Below are positions 48,571 through 62,708 of a stretch of 64,000 bases of DNA, piece by piece. Position 1 is the stretch's first letter, and each line of letters begins with the position of its first letter. The notes below the pieces were generated by a model. That model did no database searches, was not told the DNA's origin, and saw only the letters and a list, made by a program, of their open reading frames with translations. This stretch comes from Lama glama (taxonomy: Eukaryota): contig CM052816.1 in assembly GCA_028534125.1 (NCBI GenBank), positions 67,892,001 through 67,956,000 of the forward strand, given 5' to 3'. A program made the position numbers and the translations under genes.

Positions 48571-49974
48571 TTTCCCTGCTCCCCTTCCAGGGTAAGTTCT
48601 GTGGTGGATGCTAACAGAATGGAGGGAAGGACCCTGGCGTCCTGTCTCTGTCTTCTTGCTGCAGCCTGAGAGGGGACACGTGAGCCAGTCATGCCCTTGT
48701 ACACTGGTTTCAAGGCTGGGGCTATATACTTTGCTTCAGAGCAAATGTGTCTTGGGCTCATGATGTCCATTTGTAAATTAATGGGCAGGACAAGTTTTCC
48801 ATCTCCCAGTCACTTTCACAGAAATCAGTTGGTGTCATAAATTGTCATAAATCTTTTGTCCTCTCAAGGTGGGTCCTTTCTTGTGTGGAATGAGGACACT
48901 CATCCCCTCAATAAACGCTGACCTACTTGTGAGGAGGATGTTTCTGTGAAAGTTCTCTCTCATGAGATGGGATTTGTTAATAAGGGCAGTAGTCAGACCC
49001 ATGTATGTTGGGGTATGAACTCTGGGGTTAGCAGCCATGGCTACACCTTGGGAAACTGCACAGTTCACTCTGGTTTGGAGTAAAGCAGCTTGCACAGCGG
49101 TTTCAAAGAGGAGGCTCCAGGATGCTCTTCCTTAGATGGACATTCTGCTCCAAGCCTAGATCCATGTTTTCCATCCTCTCCTTGGGGTCTGGAGGGGGGA
49201 CTCAGAGAAACCCAGGAATACCAGGAAGAGCTCAGCTGATCAAGCTTTGAGAGCAGTTTCAGCTCAGTTTGAGGATAGGGTGTTTTTGGTTTCAGAGCAG
49301 ACTCTTTTAGGTGGGTGGGAGAAAAGAGGAAAGACCAGGATGCAAAGTCTGGCTTCTACTGTCAGGGTCAGCCTAGGCTGTGGTGTTAAGGGGGTTTCAG
49401 CAGCCACTGTTGTTTCTGTTGCTCTGGCAACCAGAGGAGAAATACACAACGCCCAGTGCAGGTGCACTGGAGTTGAGTGGGCCCATTTCCTCCAAACAGC
49501 CCTCGCTGGCCTGGAGACAGTGACCTCGGAACTCCTCCAGGATGGCTAGCTGAAAGCTTTGGGGTGTGGAAGCTCTGAATTCAGGGGCTTTGCGTATGGG
49601 GGCTGCTGGCAGTGCCTGGGTGGTGCCCCACCTGTCGGCACAGGAAAGCTGGGCCTGGGGCTTGGAAGGGTCAGCGGAATCTCCTGTCTTTCCCTGCTCG
49701 GCTTTCCTGGCTTTGACAGCTGCAGCCTCAGCGGTTGTATCCTGCATCCGTTGAGAAAGTGTAGTCCTGGGTCAGACCCAGGACTTGCAGCTCCACTCTG
49801 GAGTTCTGCTGAGAAGCTGCAGCAGCCAGGAAGGGTGTCAGGGCTCCCTCACTCTGGTGCCTGCCCTTGCTGAGCTCATGGATCCTCACTGAACCACTCT
49901 GCTGTGCACACTCCCAGGGCTATCCCTCCATTAAGGACTCAAGGTGAGAGCCTCTAGGGTCTGGCAGACACAGG

Positions 49975-50942
49975 TTTCATGAGATGGAAATAGTTAAACC
50001 TACTGCAAAGACTTGTAAGGAGGAAGAGTCTGTGAAAGTACCTAAGCCCACACCTGGTACATAGCAGGTACTCAATAAATGGGACCTTTGCTCCTTGCCT
50101 AAGTACCAGGATTTAAGATGCATTTACATGTCTCTGAACTTACTGCTGGGACCACTTTTTTACCAGAATTTTCAGGACCAGGAGCATCCAGCCAACCCAA
50201 TGCATCAACAGATCTGCAGCGCTCTCTACTCATATCCAAAAACTCTCCTTCTGCTACCTCCACTGTCACCACCTTGTCCCAGCACCATTACTTCTTGCCT
50301 GGATTATTGCAGTTGTCTCTGAATTGGGCTCCCTGCTTCTGTTTCTGACCACTCAATCCCTTTCCATCTAGCAGTTAAAGCGGTCTTTCTAGACCATTAG
50401 TTAGATGGCTCCTCTTCTCTGCTCAGAACTTGCCAGAGTCTGCCAATCTTATCTGCCTATCCTAGCAGGGCCTCCTCCTCTGGGACCTTGTTTCCTGCTC
50501 CTCCCTCCTTGTTCCTTCTACTCCAGCTACACTGGCATCCTGCTGTTCCTTGAATGTACCAAACATGCTCCCACTCCAGGACATTTGCACTTGCTTTTTC
50601 CTCTGCCTAGTGCGTTCTTCCCTCAGGTACCTTGATGGCTCATGCTTTGCTTCCTTCAGCTCTCTACTCAGCTGTCACCATTTCAGTGAGGGCTTCCATG
50701 GCTGCCTATCTAAAATATCATTCCCAACCTCCATCACTTTCTATCCCTCTGCTTGCTTTTCCTTCATATCTCTTATCATAACCTGAAATATACATTTATG
50801 TTTTTTTGCTTTTTTTGGCCTCTTTCTACCATAATGTCATCTCTATAGGGCAGTGCAGTCTGAGTCTCCAGTGCCTAGAACAGTGCTTTACATATAGTAT
50901 GCTCTAAATGGGTATAAATTAAATGAATGAATGAATGAATGG
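49975..50942 (+). mobile_element. MIR tail (49975-50082) and L2a 3' region (50200-50942)
   Basis: 'cacctggtacatagcaggtactcaataaat'; 'tcttgcctggattattgcag...ccagctacactggcatcctgctgttccttgaa...ccagtgcctagaacagtgc...aatgaatgaatgaatg'. Confidence 0.85.
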
Positions 50943-52939
50943 AATAGAGGATAGGCTATATATGTTTGTTTAAATAATATAAATTAAATAAAAGTTTTCA
51001 TATATTTAGCTATCTTTTGAAATATTTTTTCTCCAGGGATATTTTCTTTGGAGAGGATTTTTTCTCACAACCAATGTGGGAGGATCTTCTGTCAGTACAG
51101 TGCTACTACATTTGAGGTACTCATCCTTGTCCTACCCTCAGATGATGACAAGAATACTCTCGGGCAGTGCCTTTCTTGCATGGGTTGATGTGTGGTCTGT
51201 GCAGACTGTTTACTGGGGACCTGTCTTTTAGGTGCAGAAACTCTATTAAGAGCTGTGTTTGTATTTGTTGATGATGGATGACAGAGGTTGGAGGAGGAAG
51301 GGATGAGACATAGAGGCTATTGGAAAAGGCAGGAAGATGGAAGGGAAGTAATTGAAATAATTTTCTCCAACAAACCCCACATGGGAATGAAAATTAATAT
51401 CTGCCCATAAAGAAGTAAATTAGAGGCACCCACTGAGGGAAAGGAAACATCTCCAATTAGGACACACTCACATGGTTTGGCAGCTTCCAGTGAGAAGTCA
51501 GTTGCCCCAGTGACCCTCTGCGTCCTTTCTCCTCTCCCTCATATTTTTTCATTAAGACTTGGTGTAGACATAAGAGTAACATTCACTTAAAGTAATGTGA
51601 GAAACTGTGAGGCCGGCAGGAAAGTGAAAACCCTGCCGATGGCAAGAAACCTGTAAACGCTAATCTTCCCAAACCAAATAGACTCAGAATTGCATCTGGA
51701 ATTGTGTGTGCTTGGCAAACCTGAGGTGGAACCTCTCCGAAAAACATCTGACAGGAATTGCCTCTTCACGAAATGTGAAAAGAAGCTCCCACCCAATTAT
51801 TAAGAGGCTGCCTAAGAGGAAAGGAAAAGTTTGTGCAGCTAACACAACACACAGCTTGCCAAAATCATCCTGCCCTAATTCTCTTGTCAGCAGAGCTGCT
51901 TTTCTGAAGAGCAAGTAACTCGTGATTTGGTTGCTTGATTCCTCCGGCCACTCCTGCTGTGCACCCCCACCCCACCCAGGACCCCCTGCCCAGACCTCAC
52001 CCCCTCTACGCATTTCCACTGGTGGAGTATTCTACAGGGCTTGAAACCTCAGAAATTCTGTTGAGAGCACAATAATCTACACTTAGGATGTGAGTGGCCA
52101 CGAGTGTCATTGCTTATCTCGCTCTGTGCAACCCCCAGCAGCTGCTGGCGTTTAACGAGGAGGCGGCACAGAGTTTTGAGAATCGTCCTGTGTGTGCTTT
52201 GTTCATGCATTTGCGGCTGATTTAAGAGTAAGAAAGAAACAAAACCGATCTGATGTCTTTACTCCAGAGATCATCCACATCCTTCCTAGAGCAGGAAGAG
52301 CAGGTGACTGGGACACCGGACATTTGGCAAGCTGTTGGCTTTCCTGCGTTGGCATGCTTTGCTGGGGTTTTCATGAAAAGACAATGACCTTTACAGAAAA
52401 CAATGACCTTTGCAGAGATCTCTAAACCCTGGCAACTTAGCAGCAAGCTCAGTTCCAAAAGCGTTCCTTTTGCCTTTCCCAACAGACTTGAACAACTAGA
52501 AAGAAAGGAAGGAACTTAAAAAAAAAAAATCACTCAAGTTTTTGGCAAACCTTAGGCACTCTTTCCCCCACCCTGTAATTAAGGCAGAAGTAAACAGTAA
52601 GAGAATATCAAATTGCAGCTTGCTTCAGTAATAGGCGCCCAGGTGGAGCTGCTGCTTGTACAGACCTGTGCCTTGAGACAGAAGGGCAGCCTTTCTGGGG
52701 AGCACTCTTAACAGGTCCCCAGATCTGACATATCAAGATTAAAACCTGAGGATCTGGAGTGAGTGACAAGAAAGGGTGAGTCATCTGGGGCATTATCTTT
52801 GAAAAGAAAAACTTTCTTTGTCCTTTCAAGTCACCCTCTCCCTTCTTGTTTTTGGAGGTCGCCTCCTGGATGATACTGCCTCCCTTTGAAGAGGCTGGTG
52901 GGTCCAAGGAACCAAAAGCACTCCCTGCTGAGCAAACTG

Positions 52940-53140
52940 TGTGTGAAGACTCTGTGGCAGACTGGCTTGGTCTGGGTCCTAACTGCCACTCACCAGCTGG
53001 GTGACCCCAGATGAGTTGCTCACCTTCTCTAAGCTTCAGTGTTCTCAGCTCTGAAAAGAGAATAGTACTCACCTTAAAGGGTGCCCATGAGGCTAAAATG
53101 GAACTGTATAAAGTGTCTGCCACATAAGAACCCCTCAACC
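52940..53140 (+). mobile_element. MIR SINE
   Basis: 'ctgccactcaccagctgggtgacc...ttctctaagcttcagtgttctcagctctgaaaa'. Confidence 0.75.
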
Positions 53141-53144
53141 ACTC

Positions 53145-54016
53145 CTGTTGAATGTATCAATAGTTAATTTCTTCTTATCGTTGAGTAAGTAGAGTCCCCG
53201 TTGTGACTCTACAGTAATTTGTTCATCCATTCAACGGTTGATTTGACATCTGGGTTGATTCCGGTTTTTGGCTATTACAAATAAAGCTGCTACTATTTGT
53301 GTACAAGTCATGTATGGACATAGTTTTGTTATTGAACACAAACTGGTGCACCCAATGCACAGTGAGGCCAAACAAACTGAATGCTGAAGTTTGGAGCAGA
53401 GAAAGGTTTATTGCTGGACTGAGCAAGGAGAATGGTGGTGGTGGTGGGGTTCATGCCCAAGAAAACCTCGAATTCCCTGAAGGGTTTCTACAAAATTCAG
53501 GTGAGGGGCGGAGGCCACAGAATATGTGATCAGCTCATACTCAGTTCTCTGATTGGTTGATGCTGAGGTAATGGGTTGGTCAACGCTATCAACCCTTAAG
53601 CACCAGAAGGTCTGGGGGACACGTGCTCATGATCATCAAGTAGTTAATTTCTTCCATTTGCTGGTGGTTTTTGTATCTGAAAAACTCAAGAAATATGCAT
53701 GAGATACTGTTATCAGAGAGGAGCTACAGCAGAGGATATGGGGGAGGGGGTCTGTCCAAGGAAGGCACCATAGGGTCCTGCTTGGTTACAGTTTCTCTTT
53801 TCTCTTGGGTAAAACACTTAGAATTAGAATGGCTAAATCACACAGTTGGTATATGTATAACTTTTTAAGAAGATATCAAACTATTTCTGAAGTGGTTGCA
53901 CCATTTTACATTCCCACCAGCAGTGTATGAGAGTTCTAGTTGCTCCACAACCTTGCCAGCACTCAGTATGGTCAGTCTTTCTGATTTCATCCATCCTAAT
54001 AGGTGCGTAGTGGTAA
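53145..54016 (-). mobile_element. Old L1 (L1MC/MD-like) interrupted by an LTR
   Basis: 'tttggctattacaaataaagctgct..tgtacaagt..tgtatggacata' resumes as 'ttctcttgggtaaa...ccattttacattcccaccagcagtgtatgagag'. Confidence 0.85.
53327..53790 (-). mobile_element. Solo ERV1-type LTR with 4-bp TSD
   Basis: tgtta...taca termini, TSD gttt (53323-53326 / 53791-53794), AATAAA on minus near 53407. Confidence 0.88.
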
Positions 54017-55009
54017 ATATTCACATTTACTTTGGGTTGCAGTGAAAATATTTAGGTGAACATTGTGTGCCATTCTTTTATTGCATTCATACCATTCATT
54101 CATTGCATACTGAATAGGCCTCAAAGCTCAAACTTTATCTGAAGACAAGCAGTGGTAAAATTTAATTCACGGTGCACAGTTGGTTGCATCTGACTCAGAA
54201 GATTAAGTGAATTTCTAGCAGCAGCAGCCTAATGATTCAGTGTTGTCAACTCCTTAATTTTCTTCCAATCTCTTCTACTAAAGCCAAATAATTGCTATGA
54301 TTTCATTACTTTGCCTGTGAAATCAGTAATGATCCTGGGCCATATCACCTTTAGTTCTTATTAATAATAATAACAAACATCATTGGCAAATCTATTAAGT
54401 TTTCTCCTATGTTTATAATAGTGAGGTTAGTGAAAATGTTCACTCCTTCTTAGGATCCAAAAGAGAGGACCCACAGGACAAATTTAATTCTAATTTTAGT
54501 TCCAGGAATAGCTTTGTTTTTCCTGAACAAATGGTTTGTTTTCACCTGATGGATGCTGGGAATAGTGATGTTCCTTTCTTCATACTAGTAGCCAAGAACT
54601 TAGAGCCGGATTTGCCTTATGCTTCATAGCAAGTTGAAAAGATTTATGTTATATGTTTTGCAAACTAATTCTTACCTGGCTCCAGCTTACTTTCCTATTT
54701 AATTTTCTATTTGCTTTATTTTCCTTACTAGTTAGAAGACATTAAATTTAAATGATTTTATTTTTTAAAAATACATGTTTACAGCAAATATACAAACACT
54801 GACACTCTCATAGGACACTGTCAAAAGTTCCTCAGGGTTCCTTCACTAAATCCCCTCCAACTACAGTTCTTGTCTTGGATGAGGCCTCCTGGGAAAGCGC
54901 TACCTACAACTCTTGCCTTAGGTCCTGGCTTCCAGAGTACATCCCCCTGGACTCTTGGTTGGGATCTTTAACACTGGGTAAAAAGAGCAAAACTCAGTGT
55001 TAAGTCATC

Positions 55010-56095
55010 ACACATCTTCTCCTTCACTTTAAAAATGTTAGTAATTATGTCACATATACATGCTCAGGATTTATAACATTTACCTTCTGTTGTATAAATG
55101 AATATCCACATTTGTTCTAGTTGTTCTCCTTCACTTAATTGGATGAAATACACAAAATAACGTGCTGTTCTTTAATTGGGACTTTCTATTCTTTTGGCTG
55201 GATAATATTTCTTGTAGCTTTTCACAAATGAAAAGCTATAGCCACTGACCTCTTGCATTTTCAGAAAAGTTTACATATTGTTTTTACACTTCTATGGTGA
55301 ATAATAAAATTCTTGGGTCACACTTTCTTTCCTTGAAGACTTTGTTGGCATTGCTTTACTGTTTTCTAGCTCTAATTTTTTTTTCATCTATGATGAGTGA
55401 CTCAATATTTTTTTCAGGCTACTAAAAGGATTCTTTTTTTATCTTTGAAGTCGAACAGTCATGCTGTGATATCTTTTCCTAGGGACAGGAAGTATCTTTC
55501 AATTTGTAAATTTAAATATTTCTCTTTTTTGTGGGGGAATACATAGTTTTTACACTGGAAGAAGAATCAATTGTTTTATTCAAAATGTTGCACTCCTGGG
55601 ATTGGCTGATGGAGCTAGATTTGAAGAAGAATTCCATTTGATCTAACTCTCTAGAGAATGGTAGATCTCCCTGCAAGGACTGTCTTGTCTTGGGAGGCTG
55701 CCACCTGAGTAGAAATCGTTTTGAATTGTATCTTGAAATATTTTACTGTTCCATTATTTGGGTTCTCTTCTTCATGGACACCAATTTTGTTCATGTTTTC
55801 TCACTTAGTATCTTCCATATTTATCATCTTTTTTTTCCTAAACTTTTTTTTGGGACCACCTGCTTACTTCCATTTTGTATTCCTTTTCTTACTACATTCT
55901 CCATGTCTTTTACTACGTTTGTGTCAGGGACTAATCTCCTTAGTGCTGCATTCAATGTGAACTTCATTTTTGTGATGCTGAATTTTTTTCCTTCTACTTC
56001 TTTGCTAAATTCTTTCAGTTCCTGTTTTCATCTACTTCTGTCTTTTCATATTTCCCTCAATTCTTGTATCTCTACTCTGTGTTCTTGATTTACAG
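55010..56095 (-). mobile_element. HAL1 / old L1 ORF1 remnants
   Basis: T-rich 'aaaattcttgggtcacactttctttccttgaagactttg..cattgct' and 'ctgttccattatttgggttctcttcttca'. Confidence 0.6.
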
Positions 56096-56229
56096 TGGCA
56101 ACCCTGGGTATTTTCTCTTTGCGAAGACACACAGCACTGTTTCATCTTTGCTCTTTACCAGTTCCCAGTAATTCCCATAATAGTTCCAAAGATACTGGAT
56201 TCAAGTTCTACTCAGGAAGCAACAAGGAC

Positions 56230-56437
56230 CAGTAGGCTTGGGATTTGGGCAGATTTTTGTCCAAATCTTGACTCTGCTACTTAAAAGTTGGGTTATCTTG
56301 AGGAGATTGGTCTCTCTGAGCCGTCACCTCATTTGTAAAATAGATATGATATTATTTCATAGTGTTGTTATGAGGATAAGATAAATAATGCAAAGGGTAT
56401 AGCTCAGAGTCTGGCTTACAGACATGCTTAATAATGT
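56230..56437 (+). mobile_element. MIR SINE
   Basis: 'ctctctgagccgtcacctcatttgtaaaatag...gttgttatgaggataagataaataatgca'. Confidence 0.8.
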
Positions 56438-56554
56438 TCCCCTTTTTTTTCCTAATTAAACTGGTGAATAGGTACAAGCTATTTTACCATAACAAGAAGA
56501 GATTTTGTCTTAAATGCGATTTAACCATCACACTAAAGCACCTATCACAATGAT

Positions 56555-56750
56555 GATATTAGAAAATATTTATTAAAGGCTTACTATTTTTTAGGAATTT
56601 TGCCAAATTTATTACATATATTTCTCATTTAATTGTTCAACATCTCTATGAGATATGTTGTATCATTAGGCTCCATTTACAGTTAAGGAAATTGAGCCTT
56701 CAGTAACATTTTGCTCAAGGTAGTAAGAGACCAGTCCACAACTTGGTACA
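56555..56750 (-). mobile_element. MIR SINE
   Basis: 'ttctcatttaattgttcaacatctctatgag...ccatttacagttaaggaaattgagc...tgctcaagg'. Confidence 0.75.
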
Positions 56751-57124
56751 GTGGCCATGTTGTTGTAGTCACTACAAAATATTGTTTATGTAATGTGATC
56801 TTTCCCTGTGCTAGGAAAAATAGCAGAATCAAAAAAAATGTGTTATCATGCCTAGTCTTGGTAAACTCATAAACACGTATATGCATTGCATGAATAGCCT
56901 CATAGAAACAATTGTGTTCACATGCCTAATACTCAAAGTAAGGACTTTCGTTCTCAGGTAGAATGAAATTTGAGATTTAGAGGATGCTTTCTTCCCTGGG
57001 GAATAGAGCCTTGAACTAGAATTTCTCATCCTTGTTCCTCTATTTCTAGATGGCCTTGTAAAAGTGAATAAATTCTAAAGCACTTAGATTATTGGGTTTT
57101 CTCAAAATGTGGATTTGTTTAAAA

Positions 57125-57686
57125 TGTACCTGGGATTTATTCTAATCACATATGGTAAAACACACAGACACCAATGACTGTCACAAAGGAAAAATTTTGT
57201 ACTCGTAGACCTGTAGAAACCTGAGGCACAGTGCACCAGGCCATGCAGGATCATGCAGAGTAAACAACAGGATTGATCAGGAGGCAGAGAGGGGAGGGCA
57301 GAGCATGGCCGAGAGACTTTCCTGGGGTTTTTCTGGGAAGGAATGGATGAGGCAGGGAAGGTACATTGAATAATTTGAATAATTTAGGTAAACTCTGGGC
57401 TGTAGGAGTAGGAGTGGTCCCTAGTTGTCTGGTACCTGGCCCTGGGGTGATTTAGGACAGGGGTAATATTGGGGAATATTGGCTTGGTGTATAAAATTTG
57501 ATAAAGAAGATGACTGGGGACATGGACTCTGGATTGGTTGGTTGGTTTATTAGAGGCTTCCTCCCAGGGAAGTCACTTGCTGTCTTCAAGAATTAGCTAG
57601 CACTAGAAGGGGCAGTCTCTCCAGAATCAGTGCTCCAAATACCAAAGCATCAAGATTATAAAAAATAAGAAAATATAGGCAATATG
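57125..57686 (-). mobile_element. MER74/MER73-family ERVL LTR
   Basis: 'gtccctagttgtctggtacctggccctggggtgatttagg...ctctggattggttggtt...caaagcatcaaga'. Confidence 0.88.
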
Positions 57687-59164
57687 GTGAGTACCTGTGC
57701 TTGTGTGTGTGTATATGTATGAATGCTATAAAGAAATGGCTGGTGGGTCATGCCCTTCTTGGGAGATGAGGAATGGAAGTCAAATTGGCAGGGAAACTTG
57801 GGCAGATAGTGAGCCCATCAAAAGGAATAGGCTTATTCTATGCCATTCATCAAAATATTTTTTCATTTGGAAAATGGAGTAAGTATTATCTGACTGAGTT
57901 ATTAAGGAAATTCCTATTAAATACCCAGAGATTTATTGTACTTGAAAGGAACTACAGAAAATCAGTACATTATTTTAAGTCATTGCTTAGCATGAGCTGA
58001 TTTTAATTGCTCTTGAAATGAGTTTTGTACTTGGACAGTTTTTTTTTGGTGCATATAGCATGCACAAACAAAGCCAAAGTGAAAAATTACAGAATTTTAG
58101 AACTGTATTGTTTGGATTTCTCCAGACTAAACAAAAAGTTCCAAGTATGGTCAGATAAATTTTTTTTCTGATCCTTCGTGTTCCTAACCCCACCTTATTA
58201 TTAGAGGACCAAATCTGCAGTATAGTGCAGGAGTGTTGGATCAAGAGCCTTGAACTGTTTCTATTTGTGGAACGTCTCTTGGCTTTGGGCAGAGCATAAG
58301 AACTCAACCATATCATGGAACAGGTTTGTTGGAATTCAGACAGGGAGTGTTTCCTCTAGATTACAATCAATTCTTTCCATAAAAAATATTTTTCTAGGCA
58401 AGCAGTTCCATAATTTATTAGCTTCAAGGACCTGCAAAGTCAAATGGAGATAAACTTTAGTTGGGAGAAAATAAATAGGAGTTTTTAAAAGATGCAGACC
58501 ACAGTCATTTGGGGAGCTATCACTTAGCATTATGGGAAACCCACCATCAGTGTGGTATGAATACCTTGTGAACCGGCCCTTTTCGGCCCACTCCTTGCCA
58601 CTTCACAGTCTTATCTCTGGAAGCTAGTGCACCACTGTGAATGGATAGTTATAAACACATACTATGTGGCTGCTACCAAGTCTTTTGTGCCTTGTATTGG
58701 GCCAACTGAGTTTGCAAGGTCTACTTTACTGCTTTCTCTTTAAATAGACCAAAGAACTAATGAAGATACCTTGACTTCAGAAGCCTGACTTTGCTGAAGT
58801 TACCACTGTTTCCTCATGTAGATCTAGAAGCACTGTATAGTCTCTGAGTGGGAGCAGGACTCCTCACCACTGCTTTGGAGGCTGGTTCCCTATACCTGGC
58901 CTTGAGTTCCTCCAGCAGTAAATTCTGTGGGACATGATTCAAATGCTCTATACCCAGGCTTATTGCCATGTGTCTTCTGTTTCAGACTTGGTCACTAACG
59001 CTCCAAGTTTGTAACAAGCAATCTGAGTGTGGAATCTTTGTGGCAATATTACTTTTTTGGCTGCTTTCCACTTTCCTTTCTCCCTAGTTCCTAATCCATC
59101 TCTTCCATTTTCTCCTTCTACTCTAGTTCTACTCTTTTCTCCTCCTTCTGTTCTCTCTCCTATA

Positions 59165-59290
59165 GATATCAATTAAGTACCTGCTGGATGCTAAGAAAGA
59201 CCCAGAGATAAATAAGACAAAGCTCTTGCCATTGAGATGCTCAGTATAAAGGAGAACTTTATAACAAATAATGATAATATAGTATGCATT
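59165..59290 (-). mobile_element. L2 fragment
   Basis: 'agagataaataagacaaagctcttgccattgagatgctcagtata'. Confidence 0.55.
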
Positions 59291-60252
59291 CAAAATATGG
59301 GTATCATCATGCACACCCCTGTTCCTTGTCACCTAGATTCTGTCAGTCACCATGTCCTGCCAGACTTTTAAGAATTCCTCAGTTATCCATCTTGGTCTTT
59401 TCCTCTTCTTATTCTACATGCTCTTCCTTGAAGACATAATCCAGTCTGTTACTTCAGTCTTTACTATATGCTAGTATCGCTCACATATGCTTCTCCAACC
59501 CAAACTGGTCCCTATTTTGCTTCAGGTCCATAGAGGCAGCATCCGGCTCATTGACTGAGACACAGGGGAGGGGCATTAACATGGCCAGTGGAATATAGGA
59601 AGATGGTTGAGGAAATGACCATTTGGTTGACTTTGTACAAAGCAAATATAGTTGGAGGAATTCAGATACCACATACTTTGTTGGCTCACAAGTACAATGA
59701 TTAGTGAGTAAACCTAGGTTTAGACTGCAGGACTCTGGAAGGTACTTGTCAAGAAGGCTTTCTTCCTTACCTTGACCTTTACAGGTAAACTGTGGGGCCC
59801 TTAAGAGTAGAGCCCTTTTTTTTCTGGATCCCAGGTGTTGACAGGATTGTTTGGGTTTGGGCCATGGCTAGTGGGTGGAAGGTTTCAGTGGCTTCCATTC
59901 TATAGTCCAGAGAAGAAAGCTGATGGTACCCCTTGTTCTGTTTTACTCAGGCCAACTTGCCTGGAAAAACAGCCATTGGCTTGCTCTGTTGTGTGGGATA
60001 CAGCTTTGTGAGCTGGGAAAGGCACTACTTCTCAGATGTTATTCCAAGAATCCCTAATGCCTATGGCACTTACATGTTTGGCACTGGTAATTTGAGATCT
60101 GACTTGTAGACAAAATGCTGTATCTTGATTTTCTGTCCCAGTATTCAATTTCTGTAAGATAAATACAAATTTTCCTGAATGTTACTTCTCAACCAGCTGG
60201 GCCACCTCAGCTGCATTCTAATCCTTTTTAGGGCAATACACAAAACTCACTT

Positions 60253-60440
60253 AAAAATTTATTTTTCAATATTATTTATTTATTTTTATTGAAGTATAGT
60301 CAATTTATAATGTGTCAGTTTCTGGTGTACAGCATGGTGTTTCAGTCATACATATATGTATATTTGTTTTTTTTATATATATTCTTTTTTTTTATATATA
60401 TTCTTTTTCATTATAAGTTACTACAAGATATTGAACATAT
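60253..60440 (-). mobile_element. Short L1 3' end with TSD
   Basis: L1 3' motif; TSD aaaactcactt (60242-60252 / 60441-60451). Confidence 0.9.
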
Positions 60441-62319
60441 AAAACTCACTTTTAAAATGATTCATCTCATTGGTGGAATAGTACATGATTATACTTTCTT
60501 CTTTATACTCTTCTATGTTTTCTGACCTCTTCAAATAATTTATATTAATTTATTAACAGGAAAAAGTTACAAATTACCTTTTAAAAATGAAAGGGGTTTA
60601 TTCAAAGAGTGATGATACACAGTATAAATTATGGATGCACTCAACTGAAAGAAGAATGATAACGTTATAATGAGATTGGGTAGATTTTGCTCTCTCTCTC
60701 TCTCTTTAATTTCACAGAAAGGTCTTATAAAAAATGACTATTGTCTCCTTCAAAGAATTGCTTGGAAGGCTTGTCACATATTTCTGTAATGCTTCCATTG
60801 TTTATCACACTTCTTTAAAAAAAAGTCACACGTTTGAATTGTATTTTTTTTTAACCATCCTTTTTAAGGGTGATTTTGAGTTTGACTGTAAGCTGGCCCA
60901 ACATCTTTCTTAATTAAAGAAAGTTGTATTTATGATATAATGAGTTTTATTTTATCTGTCACTTTGTGCCACTGACAAAGTAGCTCTAGGGACAATTTCA
61001 AAGAGGAGTTTTTGTTGGAATAAGTATCTTCATAGTTACTATTTTAAAGGAATCAATATTTAAAATTGATAAGTATTTAATTTCTCTCTCTTTTTAAAAA
61101 AACAAACTCTAGGGTATTCTGTGTACATTCTTTGAAAGGTTTGTAACATACTCTGATAAAAATGTATATGTTTGTGTGTGTGTGTGTTTGCTCCTAGAAG
61201 TCTTAAGTAGCAAAATACATAATTATAAAAATGACAAAAATATGTATTTTTAAAGTTTTGTATTTCTTGGTGAAAGGTTATAAATGTTTGAGGTCAGAGA
61301 AGATACCTTCATGCTTGGAAGTTGAGGATAATGAGCCACGAGCAAGGAATAATAGAGCGGGCTTCACTCAAGTTTTATACATAACACTGCTTCTCTGCAT
61401 TGAAGCCTGAAATTCCCGAAAAAAGAACCTTGGATTTTGGCTCATTTAGAGACTGTAACTGCAATCCTTGGTGAACACCAATTCCATGTTGATTGTGCTT
61501 TTAGCAACAAAGCCTGGATCTAATTTTGTTTCATAGAATAGGAAACAGAACATATTTAGAATTCCCTTGAAGACTATGGTACCAGATACCCTCAGCCGAC
61601 ACAGACTCTGGGAATACAAGACCTGCCTGCTCCTTCAAGTTCCCATGTGCTTGGAAAACCTGTCTTACTTACCTTCCTCTCTTTGTCTGCAACACTGGCT
61701 CTGATCCCACCTTTAACTAGACAACCACCTTAGATGCCATCAGTTTGTTGGTATTCTGCAGGGAAGAAATGGTTTCTATTGAATTCTCTCAATGCCTTTG
61801 AAGATAGTTTGGCAGCCTTTTGTCTGTCAAGATGAACCCCCCTCCCAGCCCTCCACCACTGTTCTGTCAGACAAGCTCATTAGAAAAAGGACAGGGGATT
61901 AAATGGAGGCAAGGAGCTCCCATCTCCACACTCACTCATCTGTCTGTAGGTGAGGTACCTGCCCCTGAATTTCTAGTTAAACCAGAAGTTTGCATATATG
62001 ACTGGGAGTTGGCTTTCCTCCTGTGTTTCACTCAGGAGCCCAGACTATTAGCCAATCAAGGAGCAAGTGTACTCAAGAGATGAAGTAGTTGTTCTTCCAT
62101 CTGTGGCTCCATAAATCCAATTCTGCTCTTTGGAGGGTACAGTGAATGTTCCATAAATAAGAGTTGAGTAAGTGAATTACTCAGTAATTCTCAACAGGAA
62201 AAGGTAGGAAGATATACTTACCCAAAAAGAATGTGGTAGAATGTTGAAGGTTTTCTGAAGATTCCATAGAAGTAGAGTGGGAGATTCTGACTAATTATAA
62301 AAATTATTTTCAATATTAA

Positions 62320-62699
62320 CTTTTCAGCATGTATTGAGATATAACTTCTGTATTATAAAATGCAGGTATTTTGAATCAACAGTTCAAAGACTTTATATAT
62401 TTATATACCCATGTGGCTATCACCTAGGTCAAGATCTCAGACATTTTTAGCATCTAAGAAAGTTCCCACCCAAACTTCCTCAGCCCAGGGTAACATTTAT
62501 TCTTATTTTCATCTCCATGGATTAGTTTTGCCTATTCTTGAAAGTCATGTAATTCTAAAGTTGTACTCAATTGTAGTTGATTTTCACTCAATATGATATT
62601 TTTGAAAATTTATCTATGTTGTTGCAGGCCAATGAATTCATTTATTTTTATTGCTCTATAGTGTTTCACACGTGGAAAATAGTTGCATTGTTTATAATA
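62320..62699 (-). mobile_element. Old L1 (L1MC/ME-like) 3'UTR
   Basis: 'tattgagatataactt...atacccatgtggctatcacc..gtcaagat..agacattt...tagttttgcctattcttgaa'. Confidence 0.7.
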
Positions 62700-62708
62700 C
62701 AATTTCTT

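Noticed and set aside
54968..55003. 12-bp stem-loop as a possible pre-miRNA
   Set aside because: Stem is too short for a miRNA precursor and there is no other support
55690..56088. Hydrophobic 132-aa ORF as a membrane protein
   Set aside because: Antisense reading of a T-rich HAL1/L1 remnant
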